From contig JAICEW010000003.1 in NCBI GenBank assembly GCA_025923995.1, positions 1-61,048 of the forward strand: a stretch of DNA of 61,048 nucleotides, in the 5' to 3' direction. The translations under genes and the position numbers were made by a program. The notes below the pieces were generated by a model. It saw only the letters and a program-made list of their open reading frames with translations, was not told the origin of the DNA and did not search any database. Each line of letters opens with the position of its first letter. The first letter of the stretch is position 1. Source of the DNA: Vicinamibacteria bacterium (GTDB lineage: Bacteria > Acidobacteriota > Vicinamibacteria > Fen-336). Shown piece after piece: positions 1-9,170 of the stretch.

Positions 1-236
1 GGATCACCAACGACGTGCTGCCGTCCACCACGCACCGCGTGAGCCCGCCGCGGGAGGCGGCCCTGCGCCGGCAGGCGCGTGTCTCCTTCCCGATGGCGGT
101 CTACCTGTGGGAGGACGAGGTGCTCGAGGTGCTGCCCGGCCTGGGCGCGCCGCGCTACGAGCCCATCCGCGCCATCGAGTTCCACACGCGGACGACCAGC
201 AAGTTCTACGGTGACGACTACGCCGTCCGGGGCTGA
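1..236 (+). CDS. 2OG-Fe(II) oxygenase (isopenicillin N synthase-like family), C-terminal fragment, 5' truncated by the window
   Basis: ITNDVLPSTTHRV...RVSFP matches the distal His (STxHRV) and the RxS 2-oxoglutarate-binding motif. Confidence 0.65.
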   Translation, partial: ITNDVLPSTTHRVSPPREAALRRQARVSFPMAVYLWEDEVLEVLPGLGAPRYEPIRAIEFHTRTTSKFYGDDYAVRG

Positions 237-1551
237 GGGCCCCGAGGCGGACACGAGCCGGCCGCGTCTGCGGCGCACGCTGCGCACGGGCGACGGTCTG
301 GCCGTCGTCGTCGGCATCATGATCGGCTCGGGCATCTTCCGGACGCCGGGGCTGGTGGCCGCCGAGCTGGGGCGCGCGGACCTGACCTTCGTGGCCTGGG
401 TCCTGGGCGGCGGGCTGGCCCTGCTGGGCGCGCTGGTGTTCGCGGAGCTCTCGACCCGCCATCCGGAGGCGGGCGGCAAGTACGTCTACGCGCGGGAGGC
501 CTTCGGACCACGCGCGGGCTTCGTGGTCGGCTGGACGGAGGCCCTCACGTACTGCGCGGCGATCGCGGCCCTGGCCGTCGTCGCCGGCGAGTACCTGGCG
601 CGCCTCATGGGCTGGCCGGACGCGAGCGCGCGGCTGCTGGGGGTGGTGTTCGTCACGCTCTGCGCCCTGCTCAACCTCGGCGGCGTCGCGCTCGCGCGCT
701 GGACCCAGAACCTGGCGACCTCGGCCAAGGTCCTGGCGCTGGCGGCGGTCGTGGTGGCTGCGGCGCTGGCGGGCGACGGCGCCGGCTGGCAGGCCGCGGC
801 GCGCGAGACGCCGGCCGCGCTGGGGGCGCTCGCGATCGCCTTCCAGGCCGTGATCTGGACGTACTACGGCTATCCCGACGCGTCCAAGATCGCCGAGGAG
901 GTGGTCGAGCCCGGACGCACGCTGCCGCGCGTGTACGTGGCCGCCATCGGGCTGGTGACGGCACTGTACCTGCTGCTCAACGCGGCGTTCCTCTACGTGC
1001 TGCCCTTCGAGCGGATCGCGGGCTCCACGCTGGTCGCGGCCGACGTCATGCACGCGCTGTTCGGCGCGCGGGCCGGCGCGCTCATGGCGGGCCTGGCGCT
1101 GCTCGTCGTCCTGGCGTCCGTCAACGGCAACGTCTTCGTCACGCCGCGCGTGGTCTTCGGGCTGGCCCGCGACGGGCTGGCCCCGCGCGTCCTCTCCCGC
1201 GTGGGCGCGTCGGGCACGCCCTGGACGGCGACCATCCTGGTCGGCGCCGTCGCCGCGGGCCTGGCCGCCACCGGAACCTTCGAGCGCCTGCTGTCCTTCG
1301 CGATCGTGCTCGTCCTGCTGACGGACGGCTTCATGGTGGTCGTGCTGTTCCGCCTCCGCGCGCGGGGCCCGCGCGGCCGCTTCCGCGTCCCGGGATACCC
1401 GGCGGTGCCGCTGGTCTTCCTGGGGGTCTACGCCGCGCTCTTCGCGGCCACGGCGCGCGAGCAGCCGCGGCTGGTGGCGCTCACGCTCGCGGCGCTCGCG
1501 GTCGCGTACCTGCTCGGGGCCGCGACGGCCGGCCGGGCCGTTCAGGCGTAG
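211..1551 (+). CDS. APC-family amino acid permease
   Basis: VVGIMIGSGIF, ELSTRHPEAGGKYVYAREAFG, YYGY..AEEVVEPGRTLPR, ~12 hydrophobic segments; start moved to GTG at 211. Confidence 0.9.
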   Translation: MTTTPSGAEGPEADTSRPRLRRTLRTGDGLAVVVGIMIGSGIFRTPGLVAAELGRADLTFVAWVLGGGLALLGALVFAELSTRHPEAGGKYVYAREAFGPRAGFVVGWTEALTYCAAIAALAVVAGEYLARLMGWPDASARLLGVVFVTLCALLNLGGVALARWTQNLATSAKVLALAAVVVAAALAGDGAGWQAAARETPAALGALAIAFQAVIWTYYGYPDASKIAEEVVEPGRTLPRVYVAAIGLVTALYLLLNAAFLYVLPFERIAGSTLVAADVMHALFGARAGALMAGLALLVVLASVNGNVFVTPRVVFGLARDGLAPRVLSRVGASGTPWTATILVGAVAAGLAATGTFERLLSFAIVLVLLTDGFMVVVLFRLRARGPRGRFRVPGYPAVPLVFLGVYAALFAATAREQPRLVALTLAALAVAYLLGAATAGRAVQA

Positions 1552-2414
1552 CGGCGGGCGATCGAGAGCGCCTGCGGCCCGTAGTGGCCGCCGAACAGGA
1601 GGAAGTGGTTGAGCAGGTGGTAGAGCTGGTAGAGCGGGTTGCGCTTCCGCCAGCCCGCGGGCAGCGGCCACGCCTCATCGTAGGCGTCGAAGCAGCGCTC
1701 CGGGAACCCCCCGAACAGCGTCATCATCCCCAGCTCCATCTCGCGGTCCGCGTACGCGCAAGCGGGATCCACCAGCGCGGGCCCCCGCGTGCTGCCCAGC
1801 GCGTTGCCGGACCAGAGATCGCCGTGGATCAGGGCCGGAGGACCGTCGCCCACCACGTCCGGCAGCCGGGCGACGACGCGCTCGTAGACGCCGCGTTCGG
1901 CGGAGGACAGCCCGCGCTTCTCCGCGATCCGCGCGACCAGCGGCTCCAGGCGCCGTCGCGCGTAGAACTCCGCCCACGAGTCGAGCGGCGCGTTGGGCTG
2001 CACCGTGGTGCCGCAGTAGGTGTCCGCGTCGAACCCGAACCGCGGCGCGCTCAGGCGGTGCATCGCCGCGAGCCCCCGGCCCAGCGCCTCGCCGTCCAGC
2101 GGTCCCGGCTCCAGCAGGTCCATGACGATGAGCGCGGGCACGCCCGGCGCCGGCCCGCGCGCGACGATCACGGCGGGGATGGCGAGGCCCGAGCCCGCAC
2201 GCGCCATCGCGCGCAGGCCGTCCGCCTCGCGCAGGAAGAGGTCCGGCGGGCCCGAGTCGTTCCACTTCGCGAAGAACCGGCCGGCGGTGGTGTCGATGCG
2301 CGCGGCCGGGCTGATGCAGCCGCCGCCCACGCCCTGGGCGCCCAGGACCTCCAGCCGTGGGTCCGCCAGCGCCTCGCGCAGGGCCTCCTGGAGGGCCGCG
2401 CGCGGGCCCTGCAT
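1542..2414 (-). CDS. Fructosamine/ribulosamine-3-kinase family protein
   Basis: GGGCIS, FFAKWN, LIHGDLWSGN, DPACAYADREMEL, YQLYHLLNH. Confidence 0.92.
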   Translation of the reverse strand: MQGPRAALQEALREALADPRLEVLGAQGVGGGCISPAARIDTTAGRFFAKWNDSGPPDLFLREADGLRAMARAGSGLAIPAVIVARGPAPGVPALIVMDLLEPGPLDGEALGRGLAAMHRLSAPRFGFDADTYCGTTVQPNAPLDSWAEFYARRRLEPLVARIAEKRGLSSAERGVYERVVARLPDVVGDGPPALIHGDLWSGNALGSTRGPALVDPACAYADREMELGMMTLFGGFPERCFDAYDEAWPLPAGWRKRNPLYQLYHLLNHFLLFGGHYGPQALSIARRYA

Positions 2415-2908
2415 CAGGCCGGACCCGCGCCGCGGGCGGAGGTCGCGTCGCGCTCGAGCAGCGCGTCGAGCAGCTTCCGGCAGCAGACCTGGAGGACCTG
2501 GTACATGCGCTCGAAGCCGTCCATGCCGCCGTAGTAGGGATCGTCCACGTCGGGGCTCGCGCCCGGCGCGTCGTAGCTGCGCATCAGGCGGATCTTGTGG
2601 CGGTGCTCGGGCGGGCTGAGCCGCGCGAGCTCGCGCTCGTGCCCGCGGTCCATGGCCAGGATCAGGTCAGCGCGCGCGATGTCGGAGGTGTCGATCTCGC
2701 GCGCGATGCTGGTCACCTCGACCCCGTGCGCGGCGCCGAGGCGGCGCGTCCGCGGGTCCGCGGCCTCGCCCTCGTGGTACCCGTGGAGGCCCACCGAGTC
2801 GACCTCGAACCGGTCGAGCACCCCCCTCTCGCGCGCCATGTGCACGAAGAGGGCCTCGGCCATCGGCGAGCGGCAGATGTTCCCGGAGCAGACGAAGAGG
2901 ACGCGCAT
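2414..2908 (-). CDS. Low-molecular-weight protein-tyrosine phosphatase family
   Basis: VLFVCSGNICRSPMAE P-loop and DVDDPYYG; 1-nt overlap with the kinase start. Confidence 0.93.
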   Translation of the reverse strand: MRVLFVCSGNICRSPMAEALFVHMARERGVLDRFEVDSVGLHGYHEGEAADPRTRRLGAAHGVEVTSIAREIDTSDIARADLILAMDRGHERELARLSPPEHRHKIRLMRSYDAPGASPDVDDPYYGGMDGFERMYQVLQVCCRKLLDALLERDATSARGAGPA

Positions 2909-2920
2909 GCGCGGGCGATT

Positions 2921-3421
2921 CTAGCGGATCGGGACCTCGAGCACGGTGCCCACCACCAGCGGCCGCGTGGCGTCGGTCGCGGGCCACAGCGACGTCCAGT
3001 TGCGCCCGTCTCCCGTCAGGGCCGCCGCGATGCGCCAGAGGCTGTCGCCGGGCTGGACGCGGTACGAGACGACGCGCGGCGGGGCGCCCCTCGCGGATGA
3101 CGGAACGGTCGTCGGCGGAGGCGTTGCCGGCGCGGTGGCGGGGACGGAGGCCGGCACGGTGCGCAGCGACGCGGCGCTCTCGTCCGGCGCGTGCGCCGTG
3201 CCCGTCAGGAAACGGAGCGCCACGGACGCCACGATGGCGCCCGCGAGCGCCGCGAGGGCCAGGTGCCGCCGCGGCCGCGGCTCCGGCGGAGCGGAGCGAC
3301 CCGCCGCCTGCTCGAAGGGCCACCAGGCCGCGAGGGGCGTCTCGCAGCGGAAGCACTCCTCGGGCGGCGCGTCGTAGGCCTCCGAGCAGACGGGACAGCG
3401 CACCCGTGCGTCAGTTCCCAT
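2921..3421 (-). CDS. Zinc-ribbon / single TM / LysM membrane protein
   Basis: CPVC...CFRC, hydrophobic LALAALAGAIVASVAL, Pro/Thr linker, YRVQPGDSLWRIA...LVVGTVLEVP LysM; ATG at 3421 overlaps the Hsp70 end. Confidence 0.8.
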   Translation of the reverse strand: MGTDARVRCPVCSEAYDAPPEECFRCETPLAAWWPFEQAAGRSAPPEPRPRRHLALAALAGAIVASVALRFLTGTAHAPDESAASLRTVPASVPATAPATPPPTTVPSSARGAPPRVVSYRVQPGDSLWRIAAALTGDGRNWTSLWPATDATRPLVVGTVLEVPIR

Positions 3422-5654
3422 GGCGGGGCATGTCCTTCGGCACCACCAGGTCGGGTGCGGCATCGACGAGCGCGTCCGAGTCCTGCCAGGAGTCCCAGGC
3501 CGCGCTGCCCTCGGCGCGCAGCGCCGTGAGGGCGGCCTGCGCCTGCCTGACGGCCGACGCGTCGTTCGCCGCGAGCGCGTCGCGCAGCGTGAGCGACGCG
3601 CGACGCAGGCCGGCGCACAGCCGGGTCGGCATGCCCAGCAGGAACGACTCGCGGAAGCCCTGGATGGCCGCGCCCGCCGCGTCGTCCGTCTCCAGCGCTT
3701 CGCGGACGCGCGCGAAGCGTCCCTCGAGCGCCTCGGGGGGCGCGCCCGTCTGGAGCATCACGCGCAGGGCGCGCAGCCCTTCGACCGCCGTGTCGCGCGT
3801 CGCCGGGGGCAGCACGTTCCAGAAGGCGGGCAGCAGCTCCTGCTCGAGGAGCGCGATCCAACCCGAGATCCGCTGGCGCACCCGCTCGGCGGTGGGCTCG
3901 CCGGCAGTGCGTGCCCACTGCTGGCGATCCTCGATCTGGTCCCGCACGTCCTCCAGCAGCCGCAGCGCCGTCTCGGCGTGCGAGTGGGACCGGGACTGAA
4001 GCGCCGCGCGCGAGGCGTCGAAGCCCGCTCGAAGGCGCGAGACGAGCCCGCCGTCGGCCTCCTGGTTGGCCTCGAGCACCGCGGCGGCCTCCAGGTTCGC
4101 GTCGAGCACCTCGCTGAACAGCATGCGGCCCTGCTTGTCCAGGCTGTCGAGCGTGATGGGTTGCGAGTGCCCGTCGACGTGGCACACCGCCTGGACGGTC
4201 TTGTTCTCGTCGAGCCAGATCTCGACGTCCACGCGCGTGCCCTGCGCGGTCGGAGGCAGGTCGCGCCCGAACAGGCGCTGCGTCTGGAGCGGCACCTTGA
4301 CCCCGCTGCGCTCCGCGAAGGAGGACAGCGTGAGCCGGTAGATGGTCTGCGCGGGATAGCGCGTGAACGCGGGCAGGCCGAAGTGGGCGAAGTCCGGCGT
4401 GGGGACCTCGGAGTTGGCCTGGATGAGCTCGGTCCGCGAGCCGTCCTCGTGCAGCACGTCGAAGCCGTACGGGCAGATGCGCGCCAGCGTGGGCTTGGTG
4501 TTCGCGAAGATGGCCGCGCCCAGGGCGACGGAGTGCATCGGGTCCACGTCGTCGTGCAGGCGGGCCTGCGGGAGCAGGGCCTGCAGAGCCGTCCGAAAGG
4601 CGGGGATCCGGCTCGACCCGCCGACGAGCAGCACCTTGCCGATGCGGTCGCGCGCGACGTCGCGGTGCTCGAGGCACCGCGTGACCGTGTCCACCGCGAT
4701 CTCCATGAGGGTGGCGGTGGCACCCTCCAGCTCCGCCCGCGAGAGGGTGACGGCCGGCCAGCGCACCGGCGCGTTCGAGTCGGGGTCGAGCAGGCGCGGT
4801 GCCTCCACCAGCGTCTCGTCCCTGGAGCTGAGCGCCTCCTTGGCCCTCCGGGCCGTGCGCCGCAGCTCGTGCTGGTTCGCTTCGTCGCGCAGCAGGTCGT
4901 CGTCGAGGCGCGCCTTGCGCAGGGCGAGGCGCGCCACGAGCAGGTCGATGTCGTCGCCGCCCAGCGTGAGGTCGCCGTCGATCGCGATCTGCTGCCACTC
5001 GCGGCCGTCGCTCACCTGCACCGTGACGTCCAGCGTGCCCCCGCCCCAGTCGACGATCAGGATCGGCTCGTGCAGGCCGAAACCCACGATGTTGCCGAAC
5101 GCGAGCGCCGCCGCGCTGGGCTCGTCCAGCACGTGGCCGACGACCTCCAGACCCGCGAGCCGCGCCGCGTCCAGCGTGGCCTCCCGGTGCGGGTCGCCGA
5201 AGTACGCGGGCACGGTGATGGTCGCGCCGGTCACCGCCCGCTTGAGGCACCGCTCCGCGTGCGCCCTGGCCTCGCGCAGGATGTGCGCCTGGATCTCGTG
5301 CGGCCAGAAGCGCTTCGGCTGCGGCCAGCCCGCGTTCACCTCGAGCTGCAGGTCGCCCGCCAGCGCCTGCACGAGGCGGCCGCCTCCGCCTCCGGCGAAG
5401 AGCCGCTCGCTTCCCTCCTCGATCGCTCCCTCGTAGGTGCGACCCATCAGGCGCTTGATCGAGCGGATGGCGGCCGGCATGCGGTCGGCCTCGTCCCCCA
5501 CCTTGGGCGGGCCCGTGCTCCCCCGCTCGAAGCCGACGACGCTCGGGATGATGACGCCGCTGCCGCGCGGCATCACGTGCGGGCCGTCGTCGTAGACCAT
5601 GGCCACGACCGTGTTGGTGGTGCCCAGGTCGATCCCGATGGTCGTCGCAGTCAT
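3411..5654 (-). CDS. Non-canonical Hsp70 (DnaK-like) chaperone, 747 aa
   Basis: IGIDLGTTNT, TVPAYF, DEPSAAALAFG, VDWGGGTLDV, LGGDDID, VLLVGGSSRIP, DPMHSVALGAA; linker and substrate-binding domain diverged, long helical C-terminus. Confidence 0.9.
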   Translation of the reverse strand: MTATTIGIDLGTTNTVVAMVYDDGPHVMPRGSGVIIPSVVGFERGSTGPPKVGDEADRMPAAIRSIKRLMGRTYEGAIEEGSERLFAGGGGGRLVQALAGDLQLEVNAGWPQPKRFWPHEIQAHILREARAHAERCLKRAVTGATITVPAYFGDPHREATLDAARLAGLEVVGHVLDEPSAAALAFGNIVGFGLHEPILIVDWGGGTLDVTVQVSDGREWQQIAIDGDLTLGGDDIDLLVARLALRKARLDDDLLRDEANQHELRRTARRAKEALSSRDETLVEAPRLLDPDSNAPVRWPAVTLSRAELEGATATLMEIAVDTVTRCLEHRDVARDRIGKVLLVGGSSRIPAFRTALQALLPQARLHDDVDPMHSVALGAAIFANTKPTLARICPYGFDVLHEDGSRTELIQANSEVPTPDFAHFGLPAFTRYPAQTIYRLTLSSFAERSGVKVPLQTQRLFGRDLPPTAQGTRVDVEIWLDENKTVQAVCHVDGHSQPITLDSLDKQGRMLFSEVLDANLEAAAVLEANQEADGGLVSRLRAGFDASRAALQSRSHSHAETALRLLEDVRDQIEDRQQWARTAGEPTAERVRQRISGWIALLEQELLPAFWNVLPPATRDTAVEGLRALRVMLQTGAPPEALEGRFARVREALETDDAAGAAIQGFRESFLLGMPTRLCAGLRRASLTLRDALAANDASAVRQAQAALTALRAEGSAAWDSWQDSDALVDAAPDLVVPKDMPRHGN

Positions 5655-6079
5655 CGAGCCTCCGGTTCGTCGATCACGACCTCCGCGACGCGCAGGCGCG
5701 TTTCTCCCAGCAGGACGCCGGACCGCATCACCCCCGTCACGCGCGGACGGTCCAGGCCCGCGCGCCGCCGGGTCTTCACGACCCGATGGCGCGAGAGGTC
5801 CAGCGCCTCGCCGGCCGTGCCGTCCAGGCGGAGACCGGCCCGCTCCAGGCGCTCCTGCGCGGACCGGCGGACGAGGTCCAGCGCCCGGCGGGCGTCCTCG
5901 GGAAGCTCCGCGCCGTACTGCGAGACCGCGTCGCCGAGGAGCTCGTGGGCCTCGACCGCGGCCAGGGCCAGCTCGTGGAGCGCCTTTCGCTGCGACGCCA
6001 GGTCGCGCGTCGCGTCGCGGTGGCGCCGGGCCATGTCGCGGAACATCTCGCGGCCGCGATCGAGCGCGTCGTCGTTCAT
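5651..6079 (-). CDS. grpE: GrpE-like nucleotide exchange factor
   Basis: Helical N-terminus, then GEALDLSRHRVV...VTGVMRSGVLLGETRLRVAEVVI (GrpE GexFDPxxHxA...RxAxVxV pattern); AGGAG SD; ATGA overlaps on both sides. Confidence 0.7.
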   Translation of the reverse strand: MNDDALDRGREMFRDMARRHRDATRDLASQRKALHELALAAVEAHELLGDAVSQYGAELPEDARRALDLVRRSAQERLERAGLRLDGTAGEALDLSRHRVVKTRRRAGLDRPRVTGVMRSGVLLGETRLRVAEVVIDEPEAR

Positions 6080-7689
6080 TCGAGGCTCCTCAGGAAGAGC
6101 CGACACTCGTCGGGCGTCGGAGGGGCGAGCTGCGCGAACGTGACACGCACGAGGTCGACGAGGGGCCGTTCCAGGCCGGCCTCGTTCCCCAGCACCCAGA
6201 AGGGCGCCAGCGCCTCGGCGACGTCGGGCCGCTCGAGCACGAGGCGCAGCTTGCGGAACTCCTGCAGGCGTCCGCTCGCCTGCAGCGCGTGCTGCGCCTC
6301 CGCGCGCTGCGCGCCGAGCAGCCCGTACGGCGTGTCCAGCGCGAGGCTGGGCTCCGGCAGCTCGCGCAGCTGCCGGTAGACCGCGTCCGCCTGCTTCGAC
6401 GGGAGGTCGGCGGGCAGGGTGGCGGCGTCGAGGCCGCCGTGGATCGCGCGCGCCAGAGCGGTGCGGGCCTCGTCGAGCGCGGGCGGGGTGCGGCTCGCCC
6501 CCAGCGCGGACAGCGCGTTCATCGCGTGCCCACCCAACGCGTGCACGGCGGCGAGCGCCAGGCCGTCGTGGAGGAAGACCTCCCGGACAAGTCCCTGGCC
6601 GCCGGCGATCAGGCGCCACAGCGCCGTGGAGACGGCGCGCGTGTCGGGTCCGCCCCACTCCGCGGGCCAGGGCGCGGACGGCAGGCGCGTCGCCGGCGCC
6701 GCTTCCGCCGGCTCGCGGCCGTGCACGATCGCGTGCAGCTCGCCCGCTTCCTTCTCGTCGAGGGACCGGCTTCCCCACGACGGGATGCGCGCCTGCCGCC
6801 CGAGGAGGCGCAGGTCGCCCATGATCCCGCGCCGCACGTCGGTGGCGATCAGCGCGGCCGTCAGGTGCGCCGTGCCCACCACGTGTCCCGCGTCGGCGAG
6901 CGCGCGGCGGGCCAGCAGCAGCGGCTTCCAGGCCTCGGCGACCGGGGCGCCGCCGCGGCGCGGCGACGGCACGATCTTGTGCAGCGCTTCCGGAAGGAAG
7001 ACGCCCGCGAGCGCGGCACGCAGCACCAGCACGCGCACGAGCCCCGCCCCGTCCTTGATCCGGCGCGCCCGGCGCAGGGTCGCGCTCACCGTCGAGAGGG
7101 CGCGCGCGGGTCCGTCGTGCGTCACGAGCGCGGCCGCGGCGAGGGGCATGGCCTCCAGCGCTTCGGCCGAGCCGGCCCAGCGCTCCGTGTTCCGGCCCAG
7201 CCAGGAGAGGACTCCGAGCCAGCTCGCGCCCTCGCCCGTCGCGTCCAGCAGACGCGCGCGCAGCCAGTCGGCGACGGGGTCGGCGCCCCAGCGCGCCGGC
7301 AGCCGGTCGCGACCCACCGCGACCGCGATCGTCCTCTCGACCGAGGGGCGCTGCGGGTCGTCGTGCGGAACCGTGTCGAGCAGGGCCTGGGCCACGTCGA
7401 GTGCCTCGTCAAGCGCGCGGGCCTGGAGCAGCGCGACGAGCGAGACCGCGAGGGGGCCCCGAGGCCGGCGCTGCCGGACCGCGTCGTGGCGCACCTCGGG
7501 CGACGCCGTGGCCAGCGCCAGACGGCGCACCGCGGGCGGCTCGACGGCGAAGGCGGATCGATCGAGGGAGGACGTGTCCGGAACCGCGCCATGCCCGAAC
7601 GCGTCCCCAGCCGATCGGACGGACACAGGGGCCCGCGTCCTCCACCGCCCGCGCCGCACGACGGGGGGCCGTCGGAACAGGCCTACCGT
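6076..7689 (-). CDS. Hypothetical protein (~520-540 aa) in the Hsp70 operon; start uncertain (ACG 7689 or GTG 7626)
   Basis: Open frame filling the gap between coupled genes; stop overlaps the GrpE ATG; Ala/Leu-rich helical composition. Confidence 0.6.
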   Translation of the reverse strand, partial: TVGLFRRPPVVRRGRWRTRAPVSVRSAGDAFGHGAVPDTSSLDRSAFAVEPPAVRRLALATASPEVRHDAVRQRRPRGPLAVSLVALLQARALDEALDVAQALLDTVPHDDPQRPSVERTIAVAVGRDRLPARWGADPVADWLRARLLDATGEGASWLGVLSWLGRNTERWAGSAEALEAMPLAAAALVTHDGPARALSTVSATLRRARRIKDGAGLVRVLVLRAALAGVFLPEALHKIVPSPRRGGAPVAEAWKPLLLARRALADAGHVVGTAHLTAALIATDVRRGIMGDLRLLGRQARIPSWGSRSLDEKEAGELHAIVHGREPAEAAPATRLPSAPWPAEWGGPDTRAVSTALWRLIAGGQGLVREVFLHDGLALAAVHALGGHAMNALSALGASRTPPALDEARTALARAIHGGLDAATLPADLPSKQADAVYRQLRELPEPSLALDTPYGLLGAQRAEAQHALQASGRLQEFRKLRLVLERPDVAEALAPFWVLGNEAGLERPLVDLVRVTFAQLAPPTPDECRLFLRSLE

Positions 7690-8204
7690 ATGCCCCTCCT
7701 CATCTCGCGCAGCGTGCGACGCACCTGCTCGAACGGCTCCACGATCGTGAACGGGGCCATCTCGGCGATCGCGCGCTCGACGTGGCCACGCGCGCCGTCC
7801 TGCGCGCCCCGGCTCACCCAGAGGGCGAAGCCGTCGCCGCCGGCCGGCGCGATCGGCTCCCAGGCGGCCTCCTTCACCGCGCCGCTCTCCAGCGCGACCA
7901 CCACGACCGGCAGGTCGGTGGCGGTGCGGCGCAGCAGCAGCGAGGTGTCGTCGACCAGGAGCACGCTCGGCCGCACCTTCGCCTGGGCGACGAGGGCCGG
8001 CATCATGACGCGCGCCAGGAGATAGGCCTCGGTCCGCGGGCCGAGCAGGAAGCGCTCCAGCGGGCTCAGCGAGACGGCCTCGGTGTAGGCGAAGTCGAGC
8101 GGGTCCCCCTCGGGACCGACCACGAAGAGGCCGCCGACCCACGAGTGCCCGTCGCCCACCTGGGCCAGGTAGCCCAGCGCGCCGTCCCGGCCTGCGTCTG
8201 CCAT
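7683..8204 (-). CDS. Conserved-looking hypothetical protein, first gene of the Hsp70 operon
   Basis: GGAGG SD; globular sequence GGLFVVGPEGDPLDFAYTE...EPFEQVRRTL resembles an uncharacterised family (from memory, not searched). Confidence 0.7.
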   Translation of the reverse strand: MADAGRDGALGYLAQVGDGHSWVGGLFVVGPEGDPLDFAYTEAVSLSPLERFLLGPRTEAYLLARVMMPALVAQAKVRPSVLLVDDTSLLLRRTATDLPVVVVALESGAVKEAAWEPIAPAGGDGFALWVSRGAQDGARGHVERAIAEMAPFTIVEPFEQVRRTLREMRRGIR

Positions 8205-8356
8205 GTCCTCCCCGACGAGCCTCCCGCCCGCGTGAGCAGCTTGCCAGTATCGGCGCCTCGAGGCCAGCCGGGGTCCGTTCCGAGCGGCGAATGGCCATGG
8301 TGTGTCGCCTGCGAGTGGTCATTGCCGGCGGGGACGGCTGGGCCGATCGTGGTGTC

Positions 8357-9160
8357 GTGCGGTCCCTCGTCGCGTCCGTGCTGCCTGCCGCCCTCGCGTG
8401 GGCCTCCGCGTTCGGGGCGACCGCCGGCGGAGGTTCGTCGATGCCCGGTACCTGCTGTCCCGTCCTCGAGCTGCGCCAGTACACGCTCAAGCCCGGCGGC
8501 CGCGACGTCCTCATCGCGCTGTTCGAGGACCGGTTCGTGGAGTCCCAGGAAGAGCTGGGCATGCGGATCGCGGGCACGTTCCGCGACGCGGCGCGGCCCG
8601 ACCGGTTCGTATGGCTCCGCGGGTTCACCGACATGGAGTCGCGGCGCTCCGCGCTCGAGGCCTTCTACACGGGCCCGGCCTGGAAGGAGAGCCGGGAGGC
8701 CGCGAACGCGACCATGATCGATGTGTCCGACGTCCTCCTGCTGCGGCCCGCCGGCAGCGGCGCCCTGGATCTGCCCGCGACACGCGCGGCGCGCGGCGAG
8801 GAACCGGGGCCCGCGCGCGTGATCGTGGCGACGGTCCACTCCTTCCCCGGGCCGGTCGAGAGCACCTTCCCCACCTGGTTCGAGGCGCAGGCGGTCCCGC
8901 TGCTAGCGAAGGCGGGCGCACGGGTGCTGGGCCAGTACGTGACCGAGCCGGCGGCCAATACGTTTCCGAGGCTGCCGGTGCGCGAAGGGGAGAACGTCTT
9001 CGTCTGGTTCGCGGCCTACACCGACAGGGCGGGCGCATCGGCGCCGCTCGAATCGGTTCCCGGGTGGCGCGAGCGCATCGAGCCGCGTCTGCTCGGCGTC
9101 ACGAAAGGCCCGCTCCAGCGGATCGTGCTCGAGCCGACTCCGCGCTCGCTGCTCCGATAG
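8357..9160 (+). CDS. NIPSNAP-family protein (two domains), possible signal peptide
   Basis: CCPVLELRQYTLKPG, FVWLRGF, FYTGPAWK, LEPTPRSLLR; start uncertain (8291/8357/8441). Confidence 0.85.
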   Translation: MRSLVASVLPAALAWASAFGATAGGGSSMPGTCCPVLELRQYTLKPGGRDVLIALFEDRFVESQEELGMRIAGTFRDAARPDRFVWLRGFTDMESRRSALEAFYTGPAWKESREAANATMIDVSDVLLLRPAGSGALDLPATRAARGEEPGPARVIVATVHSFPGPVESTFPTWFEAQAVPLLAKAGARVLGQYVTEPAANTFPRLPVREGENVFVWFAAYTDRAGASAPLESVPGWRERIEPRLLGVTKGPLQRIVLEPTPRSLLR

Positions 9161-9170
9161 GGGTCCAAGC

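Noticed and set aside
3411-5654. Canonical dnaK heat-shock operon
   Set aside because: Linker and substrate-binding domain are diverged; no HPD DnaJ, hrcA or CIRCE seen
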